A DNA stretch of 39,542 bases from a virus. Its lineage: Duplodnaviria > Caudoviricetes. The DNA is taken from positions 1-39,542 of IMG/VR virus record IMGVR_UViG_3300050162_000080; one strand, written 5' to 3'. The stretch's first letter is position 1. Every line of letters starts with the position of its first letter. Shown here piece after piece: positions 26,301-34,180 of this stretch. The notes below the pieces were generated by a model. That model saw only the letters and a program-made list of their open reading frames with translations, had not been told where the DNA came from and made no database searches. Position numbers and translations under genes: made by a program.

Positions 26301-29300
26301 CTACGAAGTACCACAGAGGCTGGAAAGCCGCAGACTGAATGGTCTGCATTCCCAGGTTACGCATCACAGCCTTGGCAAGCGATTCGTACAAGTCTAGGGC
26401 ACCTTCACTGCCCCGATAGATGTTGTAGTTCTGATGCTGGCTGTCCTGGTGGAAGAAACCACCACGCTTGACCACATTGAACAAGCGTCCCTTGGTATCA
26501 GCGGCACCCAGGAACAGATGTGTCAGCATCGGGCCGTTGGTTACACCATCGACCTCACCAATCAGCACTGCATCAAAGGAGCCGTTTTCAGGCGTCATCT
26601 CGTACTTGGCCAAGGCAATCAGGGCATTGAGGGAGTGCGCTTTCTCACCCGCTTCCTGAACACCTGCCACCACAGCAGCCTGGTCAAAGGGATTGCCTTG
26701 CAGACCCTCTTTCAAAGCAGCCACAGCAGCTTTGATGACTTCGGTACCCGTCTTGCTTTCCCACTTTGTCAAAGAATTCGTGTTGTCTTGCTTGTCAGTC
26801 TTGACACCCAAGCCTTCCAGCACACGCAGCTTGAAGTCCATGACTTGGGCTGCATTGGTCTTGTCCACCTTGGTTTGCCAAGTGGGGCGATACATCATGT
26901 ACCGATGAATCTTGCTGGTCTGTGGGTTGAACAGGTTGTTCTTGATGCCCACACGGAAGTTACGCCAGACTTCATGCTGAAGGAAGAAGGGCTTTTGCAC
27001 ACCACCGTTCATGCCCATCGTTGGCACAACATGGTCACTGACGAATTCGATCAGGTTAGCAAACTCTCGCTTGATGCCATTGTTCTTGGCTCCCCGTGCT
27101 TTCACCTTGTCGATGTGCACCGGGTTTTCATCCAGAGGCTTGAAGCCAAACATCTTCAAAGCATTGTCCTGGTCCATGCTGGCAACCAGGTTGAACACGT
27201 CCATGTTGATGTAGTTCTCTTCCTGGTTCTTCTTGTTCAGGATTTCAGCTTGCTTGCTGGAAATGTTGGAAGTGGACTTCTTGGCTTTACCTTGCTTGAA
27301 AGGAATCGGTTCAAAGGTAGGAGCTACCTTGCTGGCATCCGTACCAAACAAACCGTCCACCACATTGTTGGCACCTCGCTGGGAGTCCACCAAGGCCTGT
27401 AGCTCATTGGACAGCTCACCTTCAGTGTTTCGCACAGGTGTGACGAATTTGAAGATGGTCTTGGCATCCACATTGGCCAGCATTTCTGCATCACCAAGCA
27501 GCTTGGTCATTTCATCCACGGTCATTTCCGTAGACTTGAGCAGGGGTACCAGCTTCTTGGGATCTTCAGCAGAAGGCACCAACGGGCGTACCATCAGGTT
27601 GACTGCGTAGGCACCCAAGGCTGCTTGAATTTTGGGCAGCGTGTCTTTAGGTGCATCCACCAGTGCCTTCAAGCCAAGTGCATCTGTGATCTTCTTGCCA
27701 ATCTGATTTTTGACAGCGCTGGCAAACGTACCGATGCTGGCGAATGCCTCCATCAATTCGGGAGAGACTTCTTTCTCTTCAGGACGACGAAGCATCGTGT
27801 TGATGTCTTCTTCATCGTTATCCAGGCTGCGAACAGTTAAGCCATTGAGGTAAGACATGATGCCTGCAGCTACTGCAGCCTTCACGTTCTCATCCATGTC
27901 CACCGTGCCATTGGCTTGGTTCAGCAAGTGCTCCACCGGGTTACGGTGGCGGAAATACTTTTCACCCAATGCCATGCGAGTCTTCTCGGTGGCTTTGACG
28001 ACTTGCTGTGCAAATCGGAAGAAGGATTTCAGGGCTTCCTTTTGCTCTTCGGTGACAGCTTCCTTGAGGAACTTAGAAGGCAGAGCTTCACCAGACTTCC
28101 ACTTGCTCAGGAAGTCTTTGACTGCAACCAGAGGACGACGTGTGACAGCAGTGACACCACCACTACCTTGCTTGAGCAGTCCAGCCAGTGGGCCAGTCTC
28201 ATCAGCAATGGCACTCAGTCTTCCGTCTGCAGAGGCGGCAGCTTCTTGGCTTTCACTGTTGGTGCTGGCTTGCTCGGAGGCGGGGGCAGAGCTTTGTTGT
28301 TCGCTTCCTCCTGCTTCGCTTGCAACATCGCCAGAAGAACTTCCATCCTGCGTTTCGGGCTGAGTGCTCGAATTTTCATCAGTGCTAGGTGCTTGCTCAA
28401 TGGCGTAATCTTGGGCTGCATCGTTGAACTCTTGGGTAATTTCTTCAACAGTCAATGGCTGTTGCAATGCCTGGATCGTTACGTCCAGTCGGTTAAGGGT
28501 TTCAACTGTACTCTCAGTCAGGTAGTTGCGTTCACGCAAACGCTCAATGATGTGCTCACGCGCTGCAGCTTCATCTTCTGCAGTGCGAGCCATGCCATTG
28601 CCAAAGTTCAAGTTGAAGGGCAGGAAGTCGTCCAGGCTGCCATCAGTGATCTGGTCAATGAGGCGACGGGCGTTCTTGCCCTTCAGAGCCGTGTACCGCT
28701 TCTTCCACTCAGTCCCATAGACTTCATTCAGGTCAGCGTCTGAGAGGCTGTGCTTGATTGCCGAGTACAGGCTCTTGGGGTTCTGACGAATGACACGCCG
28801 GTACTCTTTTTCTGCCTGCTCCACTGCACGGTCAAGGTCTGTCTTTGGGTTGGCCTCAGTTGGGGCATCTGCTGCTTGAGCAACAGGTTGAGGCTCAGGC
28901 TGAACCGAGTCGACAGCAGGGGCTTGGGACTCTTGAACTTGATCAGGCTGACTTTGTGCAACCGTGGTGCTTGGGGCATTGGCTTGGCTTTCTTGGCTTT
29001 GAGCCGGAGCAGTAGGCTTACTGTTGAAATGGATGTCAAAGGCTTGGCTCAGAGCACTGTGCACCTGCTTGATGGCCCGGTACTCTTTACGCACTCGGTT
29101 CACCAGTTCAAGGCTTTTTTGGCTCTTGGGATTGACGAAGTAGTTTCCTGCATCCCGGAGTTCTTCTCGGGTCTGGGTCATGGGCGAAGCCTTCCAGGAA
29201 CCATCGGATTGACGGACGATCTGGAAAGGCTTGCCAGCATTCTTGGCATCCAGGACAGCCTGGGACATGACTCGGGCCTTGGCTTCATGGCTTGCCAGGA

Positions 29301-31383
29301 AGTTACGCAGACCTGCCAACTCTTTGGCTGCACGGCTGGCATCCATGCCTGCCACGAACTTGCCAAAGCGATCCCGGTAGTCTTGCAGACCCTTTTGATC
29401 GGTCTGACGGTCACCCACCAGCACTTCCTTGCCCACCTGCTTCATGTTCTTCAGGGAAGCAATCTGCTCATTGGCAATCGAGAAAGCAGCCAGGTAGTCT
29501 CGTTCTGCCTGGGTCAGACCATTGTCTTTGTTGTCCACCACCGACTTGATTTCTTCAGCCGTCATGGCTTCAGGAGAAACCATGGACAGGGTGAGCAGCT
29601 TCTTGGCAGCTTGAGGTGCCTTCACCGGATCACTGCCTTGTGCATCTGCCAGGGTTTCTTGCACCGGAACATCACGCACTGCTTTCACAGTGTCTTGTGT
29701 CATGGCGTCATAGACCTTCTGGGCATTTGCCAGAGCTTCGCTGGACTGGGTAATTTTGCTTGCCAGTTCAGGGTCTGCAGCAGTCTGCTTGGCACTGGTC
29801 AATTCAGCCTGAATGGTGTCGATGTCCGCTTGCAAAGCAGCAGCACTGGGATCGCTACCCAATGTGGCTTGCTCTTCCTTCAACATGGTCAAGGTATCTT
29901 CCAAGTCCTTGATGCCATCAGGCGTGTTGCTCTTGAGAGCATTGACTGTGCGTTGGTAGTAGTCCACCAGACCTTTGGCTTGTGCTTGGAAAGTCTTGCG
30001 TTCTTCTGGCGTGGTCCCCTCGCTGGCATTGAGAGTGTGCAAAGCAGCCAAGGCTTGTGCTGGGTTGAACGAAGGGCTCTTGGGATCGGCAAGGTCACCC
30101 ACATTGCGATCAGCCACCGCTTTCTGCATGGCAGCATTTGGTGTCACAGCGGGGGCATCGGTGTCTTTACCGAAACCGGGCATCGAAATCTGACTGGCCC
30201 CATCAATGGCAGCAAATGGGCCAGCCATGCCACCACCCACCATCGCACCGATGGCACCACCTTTGAAGATGTCCATGCCAGAGGCAGGCTTCAGTTGAGC
30301 TTCGCCTTCCAGGTAGGTTTGTGCAGTTTCAGTCAGGCCTTCAGACACGGCACCTTCTGCAACACCCAAAGCAGTGCCTTTGCCTGCAGCAAGCAAAGAC
30401 TGTTTCAGGGTCTGCTTTGTCAGGTCAGTTGCTGGCTTGGCAAGTGCTTTGTTCAAACCAGTGAGTTGCAGACCATCCCCCGCGACTTCAGCCAGGCCAG
30501 CCATGGCAGCAGAAATGGCCATGTCATCGCGCAGGGCTTCAGGAGGCAGCGCACCACCATTGGCTTTGCGATAGTTCTCAATGCCTTGCTGATAGTTGTC
30601 AATGGCGTAACCGGCATTGAAGCCAGTCATCACGGCTTTACCTACGCGACCATAGGCACCAACGGCAAGCTGGGGGACGTTTTCTGCAAGATAGTTCAGA
30701 GCACCGGCGGGGTTGTCCTTGGCTGCCTGCAAGCCTTTGACAATGAGCCCACCAAGACCACTTGCCACTTTGGACCAACCATCCCCATCTTCACCTTTTC
30801 CCAAGTGCTCCCAGCCTTGCTTGATCTTGGTCAGATTGGCTTCAGTGTCAGCACCTTCCAGGCTGTTGCTTAAGGCCTGACGGTCATCCTGATTGACCAG
30901 GTGTGAAAGGTCCAGCCGAGCAGAGACATCACGAGCAAGCTCACGCTTGTTGTTGGAGGCTTCAAAGGCTTGCAGAACAGTCTGTTGCTGCCAAGGACGC
31001 TTACGACTCAAAAGCCCCATGTCCTCCTTGGAAGCAGTCCCCTTTACATATCGACCGTAGGCGTCGTACTCGTTCTGGTTCAGCCCTGCTGTCTCAAGGG
31101 CTGCAGAGGCGTCAACAGGCAGGTTGTGCAAAAATGCAAGACCCTGTGCCGATCCGCTTGCAATGGCGGCACCGGCATTGACCAGTTGACCCGCAGCGGA
31201 CGACGAAGACAGGCCCAATTTGGAAACCAGAGAGTCTGCATTTTGAATCTGAGCAGCTTCCCTTTCTGCAGAAAACTGTGAAAGAGCAGCCATTTTTCGA
31301 TTCATGGCATCAACCAAACTGACGCGCTTTGCCTCAGAAGGATTCCAGGATTCCAAATTGGTCAGGTAAATCTTATCGCTCAT
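20386..31383 (-). CDS. Virion-encapsidated RNA polymerase (N4 gp50-like), 3665 aa
   Basis: Size; no Cys seen on reading; T7-family motifs A (EVDGVTNGP), B (RDIVKKPITALMFGSG) and C (NIHDA); C-terminal HELLH; synteny. Confidence 0.96.
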   Translation of the reverse strand: MSDKIYLTNLESWNPSEAKRVSLVDAMNRKMAALSQFSAEREAAQIQNADSLVSKLGLSSSSAAGQLVNAGAAIASGSAQGLAFLHNLPVDASAALETAGLNQNEYDAYGRYVKGTASKEDMGLLSRKRPWQQQTVLQAFEASNNKRELARDVSARLDLSHLVNQDDRQALSNSLEGADTEANLTKIKQGWEHLGKGEDGDGWSKVASGLGGLIVKGLQAAKDNPAGALNYLAENVPQLAVGAYGRVGKAVMTGFNAGYAIDNYQQGIENYRKANGGALPPEALRDDMAISAAMAGLAEVAGDGLQLTGLNKALAKPATDLTKQTLKQSLLAAGKGTALGVAEGAVSEGLTETAQTYLEGEAQLKPASGMDIFKGGAIGAMVGGGMAGPFAAIDGASQISMPGFGKDTDAPAVTPNAAMQKAVADRNVGDLADPKSPSFNPAQALAALHTLNASEGTTPEERKTFQAQAKGLVDYYQRTVNALKSNTPDGIKDLEDTLTMLKEEQATLGSDPSAAALQADIDTIQAELTSAKQTAADPELASKITQSSEALANAQKVYDAMTQDTVKAVRDVPVQETLADAQGSDPVKAPQAAKKLLTLSMVSPEAMTAEEIKSVVDNKDNGLTQAERDYLAAFSIANEQIASLKNMKQVGKEVLVGDRQTDQKGLQDYRDRFGKFVAGMDASRAAKELAGLRNFLASHEAKARVMSQAVLDAKNAGKPFQIVRQSDGSWKASPMTQTREELRDAGNYFVNPKSQKSLELVNRVRKEYRAIKQVHSALSQAFDIHFNSKPTAPAQSQESQANAPSTTVAQSQPDQVQESQAPAVDSVQPEPQPVAQAADAPTEANPKTDLDRAVEQAEKEYRRVIRQNPKSLYSAIKHSLSDADLNEVYGTEWKKRYTALKGKNARRLIDQITDGSLDDFLPFNLNFGNGMARTAEDEAAAREHIIERLRERNYLTESTVETLNRLDVTIQALQQPLTVEEITQEFNDAAQDYAIEQAPSTDENSSTQPETQDGSSSGDVASEAGGSEQQSSAPASEQASTNSESQEAAASADGRLSAIADETGPLAGLLKQGSGGVTAVTRRPLVAVKDFLSKWKSGEALPSKFLKEAVTEEQKEALKSFFRFAQQVVKATEKTRMALGEKYFRHRNPVEHLLNQANGTVDMDENVKAAVAAGIMSYLNGLTVRSLDNDEEDINTMLRRPEEKEVSPELMEAFASIGTFASAVKNQIGKKITDALGLKALVDAPKDTLPKIQAALGAYAVNLMVRPLVPSAEDPKKLVPLLKSTEMTVDEMTKLLGDAEMLANVDAKTIFKFVTPVRNTEGELSNELQALVDSQRGANNVVDGLFGTDASKVAPTFEPIPFKQGKAKKSTSNISSKQAEILNKKNQEENYINMDVFNLVASMDQDNALKMFGFKPLDENPVHIDKVKARGAKNNGIKREFANLIEFVSDHVVPTMGMNGGVQKPFFLQHEVWRNFRVGIKNNLFNPQTSKIHRYMMYRPTWQTKVDKTNAAQVMDFKLRVLEGLGVKTDKQDNTNSLTKWESKTGTEVIKAAVAALKEGLQGNPFDQAAVVAGVQEAGEKAHSLNALIALAKYEMTPENGSFDAVLIGEVDGVTNGPMLTHLFLGAADTKGRLFNVVKRGGFFHQDSQHQNYNIYRGSEGALDLYESLAKAVMRNLGMQTIQSAAFQPLWYFVGEMVDEAGKIAKGGRDIVKKPITALMFGSGLGTIQEGLGDTFLDAVYSKMEKLASLPASEQYAKTAELIDNLNKILPSTQQIQHMPLSDLLATPLTWQQRKVLKEAFSEKFGKPMVDTMGTAFAGIIERRNAMTRTAKAMYLVSDAVRSTLRQQYIRELALQGDIDMSAMGENTVDLSQKQEAEFMTRINKLMPVLGTAYSQASGNPDAGLPVAKTKQQMSSDSQYETNVAFQRESGKTNRVEKVAAESMVTADPGVSLVPASIHSSDSYISHVAAFLSEALNIHDAHVAGMGEFTQVAKNLNAATWEALLNYSPMKAMADSMGNMLQELGKLMADESFQQYVTPALTAALEQIKADALKAAPKEDKARIKNQSLLEVINGLVSNAYYTAGVADQMRLSVLAEMGFIDQYALQGGQYVVTDTDREAAVKKLEEVKFTMPDEVGIALGGLGEVLNSGMSPVVDEVITTNPEFFVTVTAMPDNHIIRVLRLLKDRKGTHSFQNYAIDKVLRAFEAGGGTKGATQAITENLKPEQAARLLSFLGEMYTKGFGTVLGPIGKPAVAPAPGLVALFEGQPKMDGSELVEFLAGHLGKSENQEAKYLRTMLGRVKAILPPGLKVQYVTTETLEEDLPVNELGSRGWFIPSTNTIYVRGTEFAKSGLTSELLVHELLHAALVSTVRKPRTEEQKKIVTDLDNLLQQVKAYHRGKSMSDNMVHATGNLDEFISWGLTNQDVRAELGKIQVKSKLGKFVTALHDFITKVTGLLFNRQMTGKEAEVDAFTALVIRVNDLVEVMEASEDRNFVKELQDIEETMNMVSPSPVNDYTTQEVFDSLSGYGSSAVFQERLQTVLDDVVNKLHGPFGAVKTQIEASLGNNPLDVWSALQAKGQRPFSSRVLNAPLGFSQKEAYVAEQVEAVFTHVLQDKSAVDNAVFRELEKLYAQAKEKLKGNIPTDLYKFVFQPESHGSLDGKSNYMARFMALTLANEQFNKAMTFETRKADLVMKGRSFMERVEATWRAATDWVGSWQTGTSLGQAGTSKMAALVTDLVQAESRGKGQIMAGKSITSFFDPIEAQGAKVVKGIRQQVVNATQSKFVKQNSFKVVRIAGVATNIAASGKAGAIVQQMNAMRDSLWKSSTGTALGLVNYVSGISQWANTLLLEAKKVEKQRLAVSNDVSSLVKSSFANEGEDITKEQSDALASVVLRTGMHFLVDSYSMDEILKMLDAPKALKAAIDKEVGALSGYPEVHYYIKQAKGLGFYTATGMVAVDNQMLNAGNIASVINLGGKAPAHSEAAKLVLERLVTLYGLRYSNKDSIAAAASLMRSESVRGDQSGVLMALHMHKHLHIQAEERLFKNSETMMIHGYMPEVVDPTVAFEVARDPAEVQALLDKGYVAYQPVMLDKNDPDKRKAMIYVLRGGGMSRRLTGMVSLTDTKAKGTSKHNQFYSTHLQEGKNNALSMAAISSRAHQEVLNQFKADPGFDPFKAREKQNYMLPILNQHGEMVDYRYVMGHQTRDTLLRRDNRFEHLLGTMAGQTFDKQATREQNELVMEALREHYTKNFGLNPKQFIQVHNTSTDPKMKEIWDMLPEKTKQDVQRIWGTDGLWVPKNMVDVVFGYRKMSLADMYDKAKPNWAERQFMDAVGYSLRLYARKALKMDQQGAIQYAKRGAATVRQIEAGWQEIVQEAKDFIVVKSFTVLRDNMLSNMMMLALKGVPMLDSLRDQHIALKGVMDYERDRAALARLQLIQDTGYGSQSMDEVAAQMVELQDRIARNPIKEMIDAGLLPTLVEDVSMEENPYSYKSELTNWVEDKTSGLNKHVLKAGRFMYMTHDSLLYKIPSKATQYSDFISRYAMYKHLTTRKNPMTSAEAVFEASEAFVNYDIPLPKKIQYMDEMGVLPFIKYFLSIQRVLARNFQDNPLRVLSAVALNNFAGNLPMPTDSSFLTRIGHNPIGLGAAVYPKALTEAATANTILSLL

Positions 31384-31407
31384 GCTGTGGCCTATGGATA
31401 ATTTTCA

Positions 31408-31426
31408 GAGATTCTAAAAGAATCTC
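31408..31426. promoter_or_regulatory. Inverted repeat between divergent genes
   Basis: GAGATTCT-AAA-AGAATCTC in the 53-bp gap between the vRNAP start and the antisense membrane gene. Confidence 0.45.
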
Positions 31427-31436
31427 CATTGGAACC

Positions 31437-31664
31437 ATGAAGCTCAAAGAAATGAATTGGCCCATCATCCTTCATCGGATGTACTTGTTAAGCTGGGCTG
31501 GGTTATTTTTTATGATGGCAGGTACTGTGCTACATGAGTTAAGCAAAGGCATTTCTTTGTATGCAGATCATGTAGGAATGCTTACCATTGGTTTTTTGGT
31601 ACCTCCCATCTTGAAAGCAGTAGTTCTTTGGGCACTGGACATCAAAAAAGAAAAGACCAGCTAA
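31437..31664 (+). CDS. Small two-TM membrane protein, 75 aa, opposite strand to the late operon
   Basis: MKLKEMNWPIILHRMYLLSWAGLFFMMAG...MLTIGFLVPPILKAVVLWALDIKKEKTS fills the gap without overlapping neighbours. AT-rich. Confidence 0.6.
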   Translation: MKLKEMNWPIILHRMYLLSWAGLFFMMAGTVLHELSKGISLYADHVGMLTIGFLVPPILKAVVLWALDIKKEKTS

Positions 31665-31677
31665 CGCTGGCCTTTCC

Positions 31678-32436
31678 TCACTTAGAGCCATGCCGGTACT
31701 CATCCGGCCTGGCTAATCCATCTTGGGACCAAACACCTCTCTTGGCTTCTTTGGCTTTCTGCTGGGCAGTATTCAACGCAGGCTCCATTTCTGCTTTGAC
31801 GTATTTCTCATAGACATACGCAGCCCCCTGCTCTACCAATGCTGCACTGAGATCATGTCCCTTTACAGTGACTAAACACACATTGCGAAAATAGTTCGCT
31901 TTATTTGGTTGGTCTTGCGGGGACAATGAAATCTGAACACTGACCTTACCTTGCTCAACAAACTTCTTGAGCACGCTGGTAGCGTAAGCCCCAAATGGTT
32001 GCCCAGGATCATCCTTCCATGCTTTAGGTGATTCAGGGGCGTCTACCCCAGTCACGCGGCATGTCACAGTGTCTCTGGTCCCAGCAAAGTTGCCAGCAAA
32101 AGTATCCCCATCCTTGATAACAGTGATGTTGAACTCTTTTGCGCTGTCCCAGTTCTGAGCCTTTTTAGGCTGTACGACTGTTTTACTCTGTTGAAAGTCT
32201 TTAGGAGTAAACACGGGAATGTTAGGAACAGAGTCCAACTTGGTTGTCTTGTTACCTGACACAGTTACTGCAGTTGACGTGTGGACCTCCCCATTCACCA
32301 TCTGCTTGGACACACCAGGCACAACTTCAATAGGTGCTGTCACCCGTTGGCCATTCGCCTGCACCTTTACAGGTGCTGTCGACAATGCGGAGTGGACTGC
32401 ATCAGCCCTCTCCGCAATAGATGCAGGCGTTACCGT
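31678..32436 (-). CDS. Staphylococcal nuclease (thermonuclease, SNase) domain, probably expressed as a -1 frameshift extension of the upstream gene
   Basis: KDGDT, RVTGVDAPE, YFR, LVEQGAA and AKEAKRGVW. No ATG or RBS near the 5' end (track start is TTG 32385 inside a structure). Frame is open back to about 32454. Confidence 0.85.
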   Translation of the reverse strand, partial: TVTPASIAERADAVHSALSTAPVKVQANGQRVTAPIEVVPGVSKQMVNGEVHTSTAVTVSGNKTTKLDSVPNIPVFTPKDFQQSKTVVQPKKAQNWDSAKEFNITVIKDGDTFAGNFAGTRDTVTCRVTGVDAPESPKAWKDDPGQPFGAYATSVLKKFVEQGKVSVQISLSPQDQPNKANYFRNVCLVTVKGHDLSAALVEQGAAYVYEKYVKAEMEPALNTAQQKAKEAKRGVWSQDGLARPDEYRHGSK

Positions 32437-32442
32437 TTTGGG
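32386..32442 (-). promoter_or_regulatory. Candidate -1 programmed ribosomal frameshift signal
   Basis: In-frame X XXY YYZ heptamer C CCA AAA (32442-32436), a 9-nt spacer containing the stop, then stems CTGCATC/GATGCAG and TGCGGAG/CTCCGCA. Confidence 0.72.
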
Positions 32443-33647
32443 TAAGTGCCTCCCCTAACCGACTTAGTTGTGACGGGTGCTGGTGGAATGAACAACGGCA
32501 CACCTTGGGCATCTGCCCTTTGTTGAGCTGAGTCGATCACTTGAGCAGCACTGCTGTCACGAAGCATCAGAGCCTGTCGCAAATCAGGAATAAATGCTGC
32601 CTTTTGAATCATGGATTCAAGCGCATTGCCTGCAGCATCCCCACGACGGGACCATAAAGCACCATCACCAATCCACTCAGGATTATCACCAACAGCTTTG
32701 AGAATTTGGCTAATCGGCACTGGGTAAGATTCAACGACCTTATTACCTTTGGCATCCTTGGTTTCAACCTTAAATTTCCCATCAGGAAACCGCTTGAAGA
32801 TGTTTTCTTGAACATCTCGCACAGCATTAGGTGGCAATCCTAAAGATTTGGAAAGCTGGTCCATCAGGTTCTGCTTGCCTTCTTTGGTATCAAGAGTCCC
32901 CTCACCCAAAATACCTTTTTTAAGAATGTCTTCTTTTGCTGCTTGCAATTGGGCAGCCGAATTAACTTGAAGCAGCTTATCTCGGTTAGCTGACTCAGTG
33001 GCAATACGTTGTGCTTCCAAAGCACGACGAGCAGCAGCATCTTGAATATGGAAAGCCAAGGTACGGTCAGCAATGTTCATGCTGTGGTTAATCTGCTTGT
33101 TTTGCAGATCAAACGATTGGTCTTCCCTACCAATCTTGCGACCTTCCAGCATCGTGTTTGCCTTGGTGCCTGCACGCACGTTGGCAGCTTCAATGATGGC
33201 ATTGCCTCCTTTGACATCACCCACAGCAAAACGCTCACGGGCAGCAGCCGTGGCATCTCGCTCACTGATGTCAGCCTTGGTGTCCAGGTAGTTCTGGTTT
33301 GCCACGAAGCGTTGCTGTAGCTGGCCAGGCAGGGCCTGTTCAGCATCCCGAGCAGCCTTCATGTCAATCTGAGCACCAAAGCCATCTCGCAGTTGCTGCA
33401 GGGCTCCTGACTGCTGTGCAGCAGCCAAGTCTTCTGGGGTCTTGAATTGCTGCAATCGTTGAAGGAACTGGTCTGTATTGACCTCCTTTTGGGCTTGCCA
33501 GTTCTTGGCTTCCGTGGCTTCCAGCATTTGAATAGGACGCCCAAAGGCATCCAATGCTGCGTTCAAAGAGTTCTGGGCTTGGCCCAGGATTTGGGATGCT
33601 CCACGGAGATCGGGAGCATCTACGTTACGCCAGGTGATAGGAGGCAT
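32430..33647 (-). CDS. Internal virion / ejection protein (N4 gp51 position), 405 aa
   Basis: PITWRNV N-terminus, helical, Ala/Gln-rich, Cys-free. Sits upstream of vRNAP. Confidence 0.8.
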   Translation of the reverse strand: MPPITWRNVDAPDLRGASQILGQAQNSLNAALDAFGRPIQMLEATEAKNWQAQKEVNTDQFLQRLQQFKTPEDLAAAQQSGALQQLRDGFGAQIDMKAARDAEQALPGQLQQRFVANQNYLDTKADISERDATAAARERFAVGDVKGGNAIIEAANVRAGTKANTMLEGRKIGREDQSFDLQNKQINHSMNIADRTLAFHIQDAAARRALEAQRIATESANRDKLLQVNSAAQLQAAKEDILKKGILGEGTLDTKEGKQNLMDQLSKSLGLPPNAVRDVQENIFKRFPDGKFKVETKDAKGNKVVESYPVPISQILKAVGDNPEWIGDGALWSRRGDAAGNALESMIQKAAFIPDLRQALMLRDSSAAQVIDSAQQRADAQGVPLFIPPAPVTTKSVRGGTYPKR

Positions 33648-34180
33648 TATTTGATCCCGTTCTTGTCCATGTAGCTGGACACAGATTCATACGCACCAGA
33701 GTTCGACGCAACACGAGCACGTTGACGGTCTTCCAGTTGGCTGTTGACCGTGGACTTGTTCGCATCCCAGTTCTTGTAGAAAGCATCTTTCTGGAAGTTC
33801 AACTGGTCTTTGTACAGACCTAGTTGTTGCATCCCCGTGTAGGCATTGAGCAGGCCTGTGCCTGCTGACAAAGCCATGTTGCCAATACCTTGGGTGGTCA
33901 AGCCATTCTTGTCCGTGGTGGTGAGGATGCCGTTGTCTTTCATGCTTTGCATGAACTGTGACCAGAGGCCTTGATTACCTGTATCTGCCACATCCCCCAG
34001 CAAACTGGTACCAGAAGTCAGTGCAGCAGTGGTAGGGCTTGTCATGCCATATGCTGTGGTACCCAAGTTAAGTGCCAATGGGTTTGCAGACAACCCATTT
34101 GCGTTGAGTTGGATATTAGGATTCCAACCGGAAGACGGAATCATATTGAGCAAAGATGGGTCGTAAAGACTATTAGCCAT
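33647..34180 (-). CDS. Small internal virion / ejection protein (N4 gp52 position)
   Basis: Gly/Ser/Asn-rich with QLNFQKDAF..N and LEDRQRAR. Synteny. Confidence 0.75.
   Translation of the reverse strand: MANSLYDPSLLNMIPSSGWNPNIQLNANGLSANPLALNLGTTAYGMTSPTTAALTSGTSLLGDVADTGNQGLWSQFMQSMKDNGILTTTDKNGLTTQGIGNMALSAGTGLLNAYTGMQQLGLYKDQLNFQKDAFYKNWDANKSTVNSQLEDRQRARVASNSGAYESVSSYMDKNGIK

Noticed and set aside
20335-30873. Long + strand ORFs (348, 557, 322, 275 and 707 aa) opposite vRNAP
   Set aside because: These are antisense shadows of a codon-biased gene, with no motifs or RBS.
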